NCBI GenBank assembly: GCA_965224195.1
Contig: OZ245040.1
Span: 160,001-224,000 of the forward strand
DNA length: 64,000 nucleotides
Direction: 5' to 3'
Source: Nitrosopumilus sp.
GTDB lineage: Archaea; Thermoproteota; Nitrososphaeria; Nitrososphaerales; Nitrosopumilaceae
Position 1 is the stretch's first letter. Each line of letters starts with the position of its first letter. This document shows positions 10,413 to 19,806 of the stretch, piece after piece. The notes under the pieces are model-generated. The model was not told the origin of the DNA, ran no database searches, and saw nothing but the letters and a program-made list of their open reading frames with translations. The translations under genes were made by a program, and so were the position numbers.

Positions 10413-10557
10413 GCAGACATCCTTCTCCTATTCTGGAAAAATAACAGAATCAGATGAGGAAAATGTGATTGCAGTTTCATTGATGAATTCCATGAGTAAA
10501 AATCCTGAAACAGCCCAAAATCTTAAATTATTACAGGATAGGAGAATCGATCATTAA
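10413..10557 (+). pseudogene. Possible start-less 3' remnant of an unknown gene
   Basis: Open frame QTSFSYSGKITESDEENVIAVSLMNSMSKNPETAQNLKLLQDRRIDH* with host-like codons; no family recognised. Confidence 0.3.
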
Positions 10558-10703
10558 TTCAATTGATTCTAACCAAAAATATCAAAACTCAATTCGATGA
10601 AATATCACCATTTTTTTTCTTTAATTGACTAAAAATCATTCACAAGGTCAGCTTTGAGATGCAATGTAACTTTTTATTCCCATTTTGAAAAGTAAATCAT
10701 AAA

Positions 10704-11171
10704 ATGTTTGATAAATTCAAAAATGAAGAAGGAGAAGAAATGGTAGAAGAAAGAACTGATAATGATAATACTGAAGAATCCAATTCTACAATAGAATCAA
10801 CCAGTCAAATTGGAATTGGAGAATTAATGGGTAAACGGGCAAAATTAGAAGAAGCAATAGATTACGTTGGTTTAATGATTAAAAATCTAAAAGATAAGAG
10901 AACTTTACTTGAAAAAGATATTGAAGAAGAATCAGTTGACATAAAGAATCTGAAAGAAAAGCTTCAGAAAGTTAGTGAATACATTGAGGAAGAAAACAGA
11001 GGAATTGCAGAACTTGCCAATAAGAGACAAAAAGTTGAAAATGAGGCAGATGAAGTAGGTTCCATCATCAACACATTGAGAGATAGACTTTCTGGTGTTG
11101 ATAGAGTAATTGATGATGAAGGTAGTAGAGTCAAAAAAATTAAAGAATCTAGAGATTCATTTAATGAATAA
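10704..11171 (+). CDS. Coiled-coil hypothetical protein
   Basis: Acidic N-terminus, then about 110 aa of heptad pattern; convergent with cdvB. Confidence 0.8.
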   Translation: MFDKFKNEEGEEMVEERTDNDNTEESNSTIESTSQIGIGELMGKRAKLEEAIDYVGLMIKNLKDKRTLLEKDIEEESVDIKNLKEKLQKVSEYIEEENRGIAELANKRQKVENEADEVGSIINTLRDRLSGVDRVIDDEGSRVKKIKESRDSFNE

Positions 11172-11181
11172 ATTTTAAAAA

Positions 11182-11823
11182 TTAAAGATATTTGCTAGTA
11201 GTTGCTTCTTGAGTATCTGTTGGAACCGAAGGGAACATTTGTCCTGCTGAAGTTTCAGCAACTGCAGCAGCTTCTTTTAAGATACTTTCAGATTCTGCAC
11301 TGGTTGTTTCATCCATTCCAAATGCTACATCTCCTGAGAAACTTTCTGTCATAAAGCCACCAAGCATTTCTGCCATTTGACCAATTTCTTGCTCAGCACC
11401 TGGCATAATTTTTCCAAGAGAAGATTTTAGATTTTTCATCAATCCCATTGTTGGCATTATAGCTACTACAGTATCTCCAAGATCACTGCATGTAATTAAT
11501 CGTAATTCTATTTGTTCTAATGCTATTCTAGCACTACTCAAAATTTTTGTCACCTTTCTTACTTCAGCTAATTCATTTCCAAGAACTTTGCTTGTTTGAT
11601 TATCATGTTTTTGTGTTGCATCTACGATTCGTTGGAATAATTTTGCATCACGCTCTTGTAAACTGGATAGCATAGTATCTAATTTTTTAATTTGTAGTTG
11701 TAATTTCTTAATTCCTTCTTGAACTCTTGGTTTTAAGGCGCCTTTAGGCTTGATAGTGTCATTGATTTTTTCACTAATTCCAGGCTTTGATTGCTTTGAC
11801 CATTTATCGGATAATCCAGGCAT
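11182..11823 (-). CDS. cdvB: ESCRT-III / Snf7-family cell-division protein (CdvB paralog)
   Basis: LGNELAEVRK, ALEQIELRL, DLGDTVV, ESESILKEAAAVAE, FPSVP; likely start MPGLSDKW at 11823. Confidence 0.85.
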   Translation of the reverse strand: MPGLSDKWSKQSKPGISEKINDTIKPKGALKPRVQEGIKKLQLQIKKLDTMLSSLQERDAKLFQRIVDATQKHDNQTSKVLGNELAEVRKVTKILSSARIALEQIELRLITCSDLGDTVVAIMPTMGLMKNLKSSLGKIMPGAEQEIGQMAEMLGGFMTESFSGDVAFGMDETTSAESESILKEAAAVAETSAGQMFPSVPTDTQEATTSKYL

Positions 11824-12002
11824 GAGTTTGATTTTAGAATATGTACTTAATTTCCTGTGTAAAAAATGGTTCACAGATCATAAAAAATTACTAGCTAAAA
11901 TTGAGAATTTTGAATACAAGTTCCTGATAAATCAAATTTCATAAAGGATACAAAAAAAAGTTTCTAATTAAAAAGCGTGATTTCAAATTAAAGTAAGAAA
12001 AT

Positions 12003-12293
12003 TTAGAATATATCTTTAGAATTCATTGATTTTATGATTCCATCATGTTTTTTATACTCTAACTGTAAATTATGTTCTAATCGTTTCATAGTTTCTAAAT
12101 GAGTTTCTTGATTTTCAGATTTAGGATTTTTTAATTCATATTTCTTATGCTCATCGAGTTTGTTGATTCTTTCTTCATTAACTTTTAGCTGTTGATCTAG
12201 TAAGTCTAATTAAATTTTACAATTTTTACACACTAATGATCTGTCTGTTTCTACATTAAACATAGAACTACATTTTTTACAAATAAAATCCAT
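12003..12293 (-). pseudogene. Zn-ribbon (CxxC...CxxC) coiled-coil protein with internal stop
   Basis: MDFICKKCSS...VCKNCKI*LDLLDQQ...KDIF*; 97 codons with in-frame TAA at 12210-12212. Confidence 0.7.
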
Positions 12294-12361
12294 TTATAAA
12301 AAATCTATAATGATTCTAAAATTAAGCGTATTAATAGAATGTATTTTTATAATAGAATTTA

Positions 12362-12805
12362 ATGCATATTTTATTGAATAAAAAAATTATTATAATTCCC
12401 ATAGTTGCCATATTAGCAATAATTTTAGTAAGTTTTTCAGCAAATGAAACAAGCGAAAAAAATAATATTTTATTTCATGTAACACTTGCAGATCCTAATC
12501 TTTATGTTAATGGTGTTTATACTGAAGAATTCACTCTTGAGAAAGGTGAATATTTTTTTAGATTTGTTCCAAATGGTAGTAGTCCAAAAATTTTATCAAT
12601 TACATTAAACGGAGATACATTTGATTATTCTAAAGACTTTCATCTAATAGGAACACCACATCAAACTGGAATCTCTGAATATTTTACATGGGATTATAAT
12701 GGACAGAAAAATATTATCAATTCAGAAATGCAAAAGGTTTCAATTACAATTAATGCAAACGGAGAAACTATTGGTTCAGTATCTGTAGATATCTTAGAAA
12801 ATTAA
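12362..12805 (+). CDS. Membrane-anchored/secreted hypothetical protein
   Basis: N-terminal hydrophobic segment after KK, then a beta-rich domain. Confidence 0.75.
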   Translation: MHILLNKKIIIIPIVAILAIILVSFSANETSEKNNILFHVTLADPNLYVNGVYTEEFTLEKGEYFFRFVPNGSSPKILSITLNGDTFDYSKDFHLIGTPHQTGISEYFTWDYNGQKNIINSEMQKVSITINANGETIGSVSVDILEN

Positions 12806-12936
12806 AAAGGCGTATTCCCCTTTGTTACAGAACAATGAGAGATTTCCTCTCTTAGTCAGTTGTTAAACAACTGAACACCTTTTCCGTTCTGCGGGGCTAC
12901 GCTGGTTTAGTCGATAACAATTATATCTTTCGACAT
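12804..12936 (-). ncRNA. Candidate unclassified structured RNA (~130 nt)
   Basis: GC-rich island with nested helices GCGUA/UACGC, CCCC/GGGG, GCAGAAC/GUUCUGU, UCAGUUG/CAACUGA, GAGAG/CUCUC; TATA-like TTTTAAATA about 23 nt upstream; U5 tail. Confidence 0.6.
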
Positions 12937-13066
12937 TAATTATAATAGGAACTTCAAGTATTTAAAATTTAATATAAAATTTTATAAAAAATCATTAATT
13001 TTTATATAATTTTTTATGACTATTTTTAATTAATGGATCTATAAATTACGAATTTTTGTTTGGATA

Positions 13067-13885
13067 TTGTTGAGATTAACAGGTAAAATTGCTCTAGTAA
13101 CTGGTGGAAGTCGTGGAATAGGATTAGCAACTGCAAAAATCCTATCAGAAAATGGTACGACAGTAGCAATTACTGCAAAAGACAAAGACAGATTAGAAAA
13201 TGCAGTAAAAGAGATTCCTAATGCTATAGGTATTGCAGGTAACATTAGAAATTCAAAAGATGTAAAAAATGTTGTAAATAAAATAATTGAAAAATTTGGT
13301 AAATTAGATATTCTTGTAAATAATGCTGGAATCTTTCCCAAAATAAAACAATTACACGAAATTGATGAAGATGAATGGAATGAGGTATTAGATGTAAATC
13401 TCACAGGACAGTATAGATTTACCAAGGAAGCAATTCCTTATTTACAGAAAACATCTGGTTCAATAATTAACATTTCATCAGATGCTGGAATAAAGGCATA
13501 TCAAGGATTTAATGCAGACGCATATTCTGCATCAAAAGCTGCGTTGATTTTATTAACAAAATGTTGGGCATTAGAATACTCTAAAGATAAGATCAGAGTT
13601 AATTGCATTTGTCCAGAGGACTTGTCCTGCATCGAATCAAGCAGGGTGGTAGCCTAAAGATAAGATCAGAGTTAATTGCATTTGTCCAGGGTAGTGGATA
13701 CAGATATGACAAAACCATTTTTGAAGACTGAAAAAGACAAGGAATTCATAAATGGTGAACATCCTATTGGTAGGATTGGACAACCTAGTGAAGTTGGAAA
13801 AGCAGTTTTGTATTTTGCCTCAGACGATGCATTATGGACAACAGGTGCAATATTGACTGTAGATGGAGGGGAATCAATTAAATGA
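13067..13885 (+). pseudogene. Short-chain dehydrogenase/reductase interrupted by a 36-bp duplication plus 37-bp insert
   Basis: TGGSRGIG, NNAG, YSASK, RVNCICP; C-terminal half VVDTDMT...VDGG resumes after the insertion in another frame. Confidence 0.88.
13581..13689. repeat. Perfect 36-bp direct repeats flanking a 37-bp unique insert
   Basis: ctaaagataagatcagagttaattgcatttgtccag at 13581-13616 and 13654-13689; insert at 13617-13653. Confidence 0.95.
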
Positions 13886-13925
13886 ATTCACAGGGATTTA
13901 ATACAACACCAAAGGAGAAAACACA

Positions 13926-14132
13926 ATGAAAGACAGAAAAGCAAAAGCAAAATTGATTATACTTTTAGGAATTATTTGGATAGTTATTACACTGCCTCTA
14001 CCATGGATAATAAATAATCCAGAGGTATCAACTGCACAATTCAATACTATACTTGCCATCATTGGCGTAATGTCAATTCCATTCATTATTCTCGGAGTGG
14101 TCTGGACTCTAAAGCCAGAACTCACAACTTAG
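13926..14132 (+). CDS. Small two-helix membrane protein
   Basis: Two hydrophobic segments; GGAG upstream of ATG. Confidence 0.75.
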   Translation: MKDRKAKAKLIILLGIIWIVITLPLPWIINNPEVSTAQFNTILAIIGVMSIPFIILGVVWTLKPELTT

Positions 14133-14142
14133 GTAATTTCAA

Positions 14143-14955
14143 TTGCAAGATATCCCAATTTCTGATAAGATTCCTGAATTAGATATTGCTATCAAGGCTG
14201 CAATTGAAGCAGGTAATGCAATTCTAGAGATTTATCAGAAAAACTACAAAACATCTACAAAAAATGATGATTCTCCAATTACAGATGCTGATTTGAAAAG
14301 CAACGAGGTCATTAAAGAGATTTTATCACAAACAAAACATTGGATATTATCTGAAGAAGATAAAGATGATCTAGGTAGATTATCACAAGAGACAATTTGG
14401 ATAGTAGATCCTCTTGATGGGACTTCAGATTTCATTGACAAAACAGGTGAGTTTACAGTTATGATTTCCTTAATTAAAAATAAAAAACCAATTCTTGGTG
14501 TAATTGGATGGCCTACAGAAAATACATTGTTTGTTGCTCAAAAAGGTAGTGGAGCATTTAGATTTTCAAATGAAAAATGGGAAAAAATTTCTGTTACTAA
14601 AACTTCAGAAGTCCCAAAATGTAGAACTGTAGGCTCTAGACATCATTTATCTGAGAAAGAAAAATCATTCATTAAAAAATTAGGTATTGAAGATTTCACA
14701 AGTATTGGTAGTTCATTAAAAGTTGGAAAGATTAGTTCTGGTGAAGCTGAAGCATACATTACAACAACAAATAAAATGAAAGAGTGGGATTCGGCCGCTT
14801 CATATTGTATAATTTCAGAAGCTGGAGGTAAAATGACAGATATGTTAGGAAATGATCTTACATACAATAACAAAGATGTGTATCATCAAAACGGAATTCT
14901 TGTCACAAACGGTTTAGTTCATAATAAAATAATTGAAGAATTTAAAAAATTATAG
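14143..14955 (+). CDS. cysQ: 3'(2'),5'-bisphosphate nucleotidase
   Basis: SPITDAD, WIVDPLDGT, GSSLK, EWDSAA; adjacent to cysC. Confidence 0.9.
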   Translation: MQDIPISDKIPELDIAIKAAIEAGNAILEIYQKNYKTSTKNDDSPITDADLKSNEVIKEILSQTKHWILSEEDKDDLGRLSQETIWIVDPLDGTSDFIDKTGEFTVMISLIKNKKPILGVIGWPTENTLFVAQKGSGAFRFSNEKWEKISVTKTSEVPKCRTVGSRHHLSEKEKSFIKKLGIEDFTSIGSSLKVGKISSGEAEAYITTTNKMKEWDSAASYCIISEAGGKMTDMLGNDLTYNNKDVYHQNGILVTNGLVHNKIIEEFKKL

Positions 14956-15465
14956 TAGGTTTCTTCCTTTAAGGAAGTCCTTTACTTTTTGTGCGCTGTC
15001 TGAAAGTGAATCATGTTCTGTATCAACTACCAAATCTGTTTTTTCTGGAGCTTCATAAGGATCATCAATTCCGGTAAATCCTTTGATTTCTCCTTTTCTA
15101 GCCTTGGCATACATACCTTTGACATCTCTTTCTTCACATTTTTCTAGTGAACATTTTACATAACATTCTGCAAACTGATCACCTGCATCGATAATTTCTC
15201 TAGCATTTTCTCTGTTCTCAAAATATGGAGATACAAGAGATACTACACTTGGAACACCGTGATTTAACAAAAGCTTTGCCAAATGAGCAACTTTTTTGTT
15301 ATGCTCATCACGTCCTGCTTTTGAAAAGTCTTTTAAAGAGAACCATTCTCTTAGTTCATCACCATCAAGCATTGCCAAATTTGGAATATCTTTTTGCAAA
15401 TCTTTTACAATCGTAGTCTTTCCTGAACAAGGAAGACCCGTCATCCAAAGAATGAAAGGTTTCAT
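14950..15465 (-). CDS. cysC: Adenylyl-sulfate kinase
   Basis: WMTGLPCSGKTT, LDGDELR, RDVKGMY, FTGIDDPYEAP; likely start MKPF. Confidence 0.93.
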   Translation of the reverse strand: MKPFILWMTGLPCSGKTTIVKDLQKDIPNLAMLDGDELREWFSLKDFSKAGRDEHNKKVAHLAKLLLNHGVPSVVSLVSPYFENRENAREIIDAGDQFAECYVKCSLEKCEERDVKGMYAKARKGEIKGFTGIDDPYEAPEKTDLVVDTEHDSLSDSAQKVKDFLKGRNLL

Positions 15466-15501
15466 GAATAAAATTTCTAAATAACCCATAAAGAGCTTAC
15501 G

Positions 15502-16044
15502 TTAATTTTTAGCCCAGGTTTGATTTTCCAAATAATCAATATCTGCAATTAGTTCCTCAACTTTTTTTACAATTGCAAAAATTGATCGATATTGTTCATA
15601 CATTTCAATTTCTTCTTCTTTTGATAAAACTTCAGCCTCTGCAGTATCAAAAAATTTGTCTTCTTTGTTAAGATGATCATTTAGAAAAATTGCATATGCT
15701 CTCAGATATCTTGATACAGGTTCTTGTGCATCCTCGCCATTTTTCCATCTTTTTAGATGATCTGATATTTGTCTAGCAATATTCCTTCCAAATTCATGCT
15801 CAATCATAAATTTTCGAATTTCTTCTTTTAAAGAATCATAGCTTGCAACACATGGAAAATACGAGTCTTCCTCTCTTGAATGATGAATTGTATCTACAAA
15901 TTCTGAAATTACTATAGTAATTTTTGTTAGATCTGAGAAGGAAATTGTTGTGCCTTTGTATAGCTCTGCAGCACATTTTGATACTATTTTCTCTAATCGA
16001 CGAACTTGATCATGATCAGTACGAAGTTGATTTGTAGCACTCAT
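15502..16044 (-). CDS. Hemerythrin HHE-domain protein
   Basis: LRTDH, HHSREE, EHEFGR, DHLNKED. Confidence 0.85.
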   Translation of the reverse strand: MSATNQLRTDHDQVRRLEKIVSKCAAELYKGTTISFSDLTKITIVISEFVDTIHHSREEDSYFPCVASYDSLKEEIRKFMIEHEFGRNIARQISDHLKRWKNGEDAQEPVSRYLRAYAIFLNDHLNKEDKFFDTAEAEVLSKEEEIEMYEQYRSIFAIVKKVEELIADIDYLENQTWAKN

Positions 16045-16145
16045 AATATTTGTCTCCAATATGTTATTTAAAAATCAGATAAAGCCTAAAAATACTTAAT
16101 TTTCGGGTTTAACTTTTATCCAGATGTATTTACATTCAGACATTA

Positions 16146-17618
16146 ATGAATCTCATAATTTTATCGATTTTGAATTTGTTTAGAGGTCAAACAGGAGATA
16201 TTACACCATTGTCAAATTTTGATACAAGTATGATTTTTGATAAAATTACAGAGTTACAAAAATCTATTATATCGTTATCAAATAATGATGGACCAATTGC
16301 TGAAGCTCATGTAATTTTACTTGCAGCAGGTGTAGTAATTTTTCTAGGAGTGGCAGGAGAAGCATTCTTCAAAAAAACTGGTATACCTGATGTGGCATTT
16401 TTAATGATTCTTGGAGTAATTATCGGACCAGTATTTGGATTAATTCAACCAGAAGCTGTAATTCAAGTTGTTCCGTATTTTGCAGCTCTTGCGTTGATTA
16501 TCATCATGTTTGATGGTGGTCTAAATCTAGATATCAAACATGTTATCAAAACTGCACATTTTTCAGTAACATTAGCTGTTCTTGGTTTTGTTCTATCTGT
16601 AGTAATGATTTCTATTGCTGCTCATTTTGCTTTAGGATGGGCATGGTTAGACAGCATACTATTAGCTTCTATTGTAGGTGGAAGTAGTTCTGCGATAGTT
16701 TTTGGACTGGTTAGAAATATCAAAATTTCAGAAGAAACTAAATCAATGCTTAGTTTTGAATCAGCACTAACTGATATTTTAGCCACCATTGTTGCATTCA
16801 TTTTATTTGAAGCAATTCTAGCAGGACACTTTGATCTTCAAACATTACAAGAGACTATTGGACGTGCAGTTATAGTTGGTCTAGTACTTGGATTTGGGGT
16901 TGGAATTCCTTGGATGTATATTTCAACTAAATTTAGTAATGCACAACACGCTTACATGCTTACGTTAGGCGTTTTGTTTGTTTTATTCTTCTTGGCAAAT
17001 TCGTTTGGAGAATCAGGAGCACTAACTGCACTAGTATTCGGTTTAATGATTGGAAACAAAAATCATCTTGCAAAAATTCTCAGATTCAAATTACCACGAA
17101 TTGAGTTGGATGATCCTACACATAATCAACTGACATTTTTGGTACGATCATTTTTCTTTGTGTTTGTAGGATTGATGGCAAGTTTTGGACAAATAGAATA
17201 TCTGATATTTGGAGTTTTGATGACAATTGCTGTATACTTTGGAAGAATATTAGTTGTAAAGATTACATTAACAAAACGATTTTCACTTTTGGATAGAGCT
17301 GTAACAAAGTCTATGATTCCTAGAGGTTTAGCTGCTGCAGTACTTGCAACTTATCCAATTACCATGGGATTACCAAATGCAGACGCATATCCACAACTGA
17401 TATTTTTTATTATTTTATCATCAGTAGTAATTACAACGATTGGCTTAGGAAAATCAAAGAAAATTCCTCCGCCAGAATCTGTTGAAGGTGGATTTGTTAC
17501 ACCTCCAGAGGAACCTAAAGATGATTCAGTAATTATAGATACAACATCTGAAAATTTGGTTGATACCATTGAAGGTGGGTTTATCAAAGAAAAACCTGAT
17601 GAAGCTCAAAAGAAATAG
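16146..17618 (+). CDS. Cation:proton antiporter (CPA1/NhaP type)
   Basis: Multiple TM helices; IMFDGG, FESALTD, PRGLAAAVLA. Confidence 0.9.
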   Translation: MNLIILSILNLFRGQTGDITPLSNFDTSMIFDKITELQKSIISLSNNDGPIAEAHVILLAAGVVIFLGVAGEAFFKKTGIPDVAFLMILGVIIGPVFGLIQPEAVIQVVPYFAALALIIIMFDGGLNLDIKHVIKTAHFSVTLAVLGFVLSVVMISIAAHFALGWAWLDSILLASIVGGSSSAIVFGLVRNIKISEETKSMLSFESALTDILATIVAFILFEAILAGHFDLQTLQETIGRAVIVGLVLGFGVGIPWMYISTKFSNAQHAYMLTLGVLFVLFFLANSFGESGALTALVFGLMIGNKNHLAKILRFKLPRIELDDPTHNQLTFLVRSFFFVFVGLMASFGQIEYLIFGVLMTIAVYFGRILVVKITLTKRFSLLDRAVTKSMIPRGLAAAVLATYPITMGLPNADAYPQLIFFIILSSVVITTIGLGKSKKIPPPESVEGGFVTPPEEPKDDSVIIDTTSENLVDTIEGGFIKEKPDEAQKK

Positions 17619-17648
17619 AACTATGCAGAACTTATCCAGATTAGAAAA

Positions 17649-17948
17649 TTAAGATTGTAATTTTTTTGTTATTGATTGAAGATATTTTTCGTTGTATTCG
17701 TTGAATAGTTGAATTTTATTCTGAGCTAGAGCCATCGCACCAGGCCTGGTGTTAATATGATTTTCAGCGATTTTTTGTTCTTCTAAGAGTTTCTCAAGAT
17801 TCATTTTTGGTACTGATTCTAATTCTACAAGTAATGTAGAAAGTTCTTTTTCAAGATTCTCTTTGGTATAAGGAAGTGCAGGTGGATCAGCACCTATAAT
17901 TTCTTTAGTTGTAATATTCCCAAATACTTTCTTATCCAAATCAAGCAA
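17649..17948 (-). CDS. Hypothetical protein
   Basis: 99-aa ORF with host-like composition. Confidence 0.7.
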   Translation of the reverse strand: MLDLDKKVFGNITTKEIIGADPPALPYTKENLEKELSTLLVELESVPKMNLEKLLEEQKIAENHINTRPGAMALAQNKIQLFNEYNEKYLQSITKKLQS

Positions 17949-18112
17949 TAATGAAAAGTAAAATTAGCAGTATAAATTCAATTTCATTTTAATCAAATTT
18001 GAAAATATGAGCGCACTGTAATCAAATGTTTTATCTTTAGATAATTTTACACTATTTCATAACGCCTAAAAATCAAAGTTTTACTTATAAGAAATCAAAT
18101 GCTAGTTTAGTT

Positions 18113-18385
18113 ATGGCAATTCCTACAGATGTAGAAGAAGTTGTTGAAAAACATATTAAATTAATGATTTCTCAGACTGAAACATATCTGCCATTTATCA
18201 GAGTTGCATTTCCATATTCAAATAATATTGCAGACGGAGTATACAATCTAATTATTGGAAGTGCATTATCGATATTTGTTAATCAATTTGCAATGAAAAT
18301 GAAAAATCCAACTGTAGATGATTTTACAGAATTTGGAAAAATTGCTTTAAAATATAGAGATCAAGTTGATCAGTTTTTTAAATAA
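18113..18385 (+). CDS. Hypothetical protein
   Basis: 90-aa ORF with upstream TATA-like CTTATAA. Confidence 0.75.
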   Translation: MAIPTDVEEVVEKHIKLMISQTETYLPFIRVAFPYSNNIADGVYNLIIGSALSIFVNQFAMKMKNPTVDDFTEFGKIALKYRDQVDQFFK

Positions 18386-18616
18386 TTAAGCTATTTCGCC
18401 TAGAAAATGTATAGTATCATTTGTTACAACAACAGTTCTATCTTTTGGAACATGATATAATTTTTTTGAACCGTTTGACGATTGAACGATTAGTTTTGAA
18501 AATGGATCTTTAAGTGATTTGTATAGAATTCCTTTATCCCCTACTGATTGTGACCAATGAGTACCTTGTACAAAAGAGATTGTTTGAAATTTTACAACTT
18601 GATATGAATAGACCAT
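18386..18616 (-). CDS. Hypothetical protein downstream of crcB
   Basis: 76-aa ORF starting 6 nt after the crcB stop. Confidence 0.7.
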   Translation of the reverse strand: MVYSYQVVKFQTISFVQGTHWSQSVGDKGILYKSLKDPFSKLIVQSSNGSKKLYHVPKDRTVVVTNDTIHFLGEIA

Positions 18617-18622
18617 TTCTAA

Positions 18623-19003
18623 TTAATTGTTAATTATCGCACTCATTAATGACTTTCCACCAATCAGTGCTGCAATTGAAAGGCTAATGTTAGCTATCAA
18701 GTTTATTGCAAATGTGCCATAATGGCTTTGTTCAAGAAGAGTATTAGATTCAAGTGCAAGTCCTGACATCGTGGTAAGTGAACCACAGAATCCTATAGCA
18801 GCAAATAGAGAATATTTTCCATCAAGATGCCATTGTTGAGACATTACAATAAAGGCACCAAGGATAAATGCTCCAAGTACATTAACTGCCAAAACATTGA
18901 CAGGTATTGTATTGAAAAGTAAAGGAGATTCAATGACTTTGAATCTTAGATACGCTCCAAGTACAGAACCTACTGCAAGAAAAACAAATTCTAAACCTTT
19001 CAT
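18623..19003 (-). CDS. crcB: Fluoride channel Fluc/CrcB
   Basis: GSVLGAYLR, VNVLGAFILG, GFCGSLTT; four TM helices. Confidence 0.88.
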   Translation of the reverse strand: MKGLEFVFLAVGSVLGAYLRFKVIESPLLFNTIPVNVLAVNVLGAFILGAFIVMSQQWHLDGKYSLFAAIGFCGSLTTMSGLALESNTLLEQSHYGTFAINLIANISLSIAALIGGKSLMSAIINN

Positions 19004-19049
19004 CTACACAACTGAATTAATTGACATTATTAGTGCTATTTGGATAAAT

Positions 19050-19072
19050 TTTAGGCATAATTTATGCCTAAA
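19050..19072. promoter_or_regulatory. Perfect 11-1-11 inverted repeat in the divergent crcB / DUF1059 promoter region
   Basis: TTTAGGCATAA-T-TTATGCCTAAA. Confidence 0.55.
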
Positions 19073-19134
19073 CAGTTTTTATTTAAAAAAATGTATTCAC
19101 AGTTTTTATAGGTTCAATATTTTTTCCAGACTGA

Positions 19135-19326
19135 ATGACATTAAAGTTGAGATGTGAAGACTATGGTTTTGAATGTGAATACATTATTGATGAAGAAAAA
19201 ACTTTAGGTCTTATTGAAAAACTTAGAAATCATTTTGAAGAAGAGCACGGAATTGATTATACTATTGAGGCAGTTACTCAAATGATTACCAATCGTGGAC
19301 ATTCTTTAGAATCAATTAAGAAATAA
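19135..19326 (+). CDS. DUF1059-like small metal-binding protein
   Basis: LRCEDYGFEC...NHFEEEHG (CxxxxxxC...HxxxxH). Confidence 0.75.
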   Translation: MTLKLRCEDYGFECEYIIDEEKTLGLIEKLRNHFEEEHGIDYTIEAVTQMITNRGHSLESIKK

Positions 19327-19362
19327 ACTTCTTAAAGAAATTATTTTCATTTTTAATATTTA

Positions 19363-19806
19363 TTATAATTGTATTATAGGAGAAAATATTTTTTCATATA
19401 TTATTTCTTTAAGTTGATTTGCCAAATCCATTATTACTCTAACTTGTTCTAATGTAATTTCCTTAAGACTTTGTATTGAATTATTTAGTTCTAATATTTC
19501 TGCTTGTAATCTAGATTTTTCATTATTAAGCGAGAATATTTGGTTTTGTAGATTTTTGTTTTGTTGTTTTAAATTATCATTTTCTTTAGTTAATCTTTTT
19601 ACCTTATCTGAATCAGATTCATGTGGAAAAGGATCTGGTGCAGGATCTGGTGCAGGATCTGGCATTCTAATGGGCTCGGGTATAGGACTAGGTTCTGGTA
19701 TTTGTGGTGGTCCTGGTTCTTGTTCTGTTTCAATGGCAAAAGTAATTTGTGTAAAACTAACAAATGCAAATAGGGCAATTATGCCAAAAATAAGACTAGT
19801 TTTCAT
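19363..19806 (-). CDS. Secreted proline-rich / coiled-coil protein
   Basis: Signal peptide, PEP/PDPA repeats (12-bp repeat at 19630-19662), C-terminal heptads. Confidence 0.75.
   Translation of the reverse strand: MKTSLIFGIIALFAFVSFTQITFAIETEQEPGPPQIPEPSPIPEPIRMPDPAPDPAPDPFPHESDSDKVKRLTKENDNLKQQNKNLQNQIFSLNNEKSRLQAEILELNNSIQSLKEITLEQVRVIMDLANQLKEIIYEKIFSPIIQL

Noticed and set aside
12804-12936. 5S rRNA, tRNA or hammerhead ribozyme
   Set aside because: Size is similar to 5S but its conserved loops are absent; no cloverleaf; CUGACUA is not CUGANGA and the GAAA is misplaced
13581-13689. Bona fide CRISPR array
   Set aside because: Only two repeats, the repeat is SDR coding sequence, and there is no leader or cas gene; kept only as a possible ectopic integration
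19004-19134. Fluoride riboswitch upstream of crcB
   Set aside because: GGCGAUGG...CUGAUG consensus not found; region is very AT-rich
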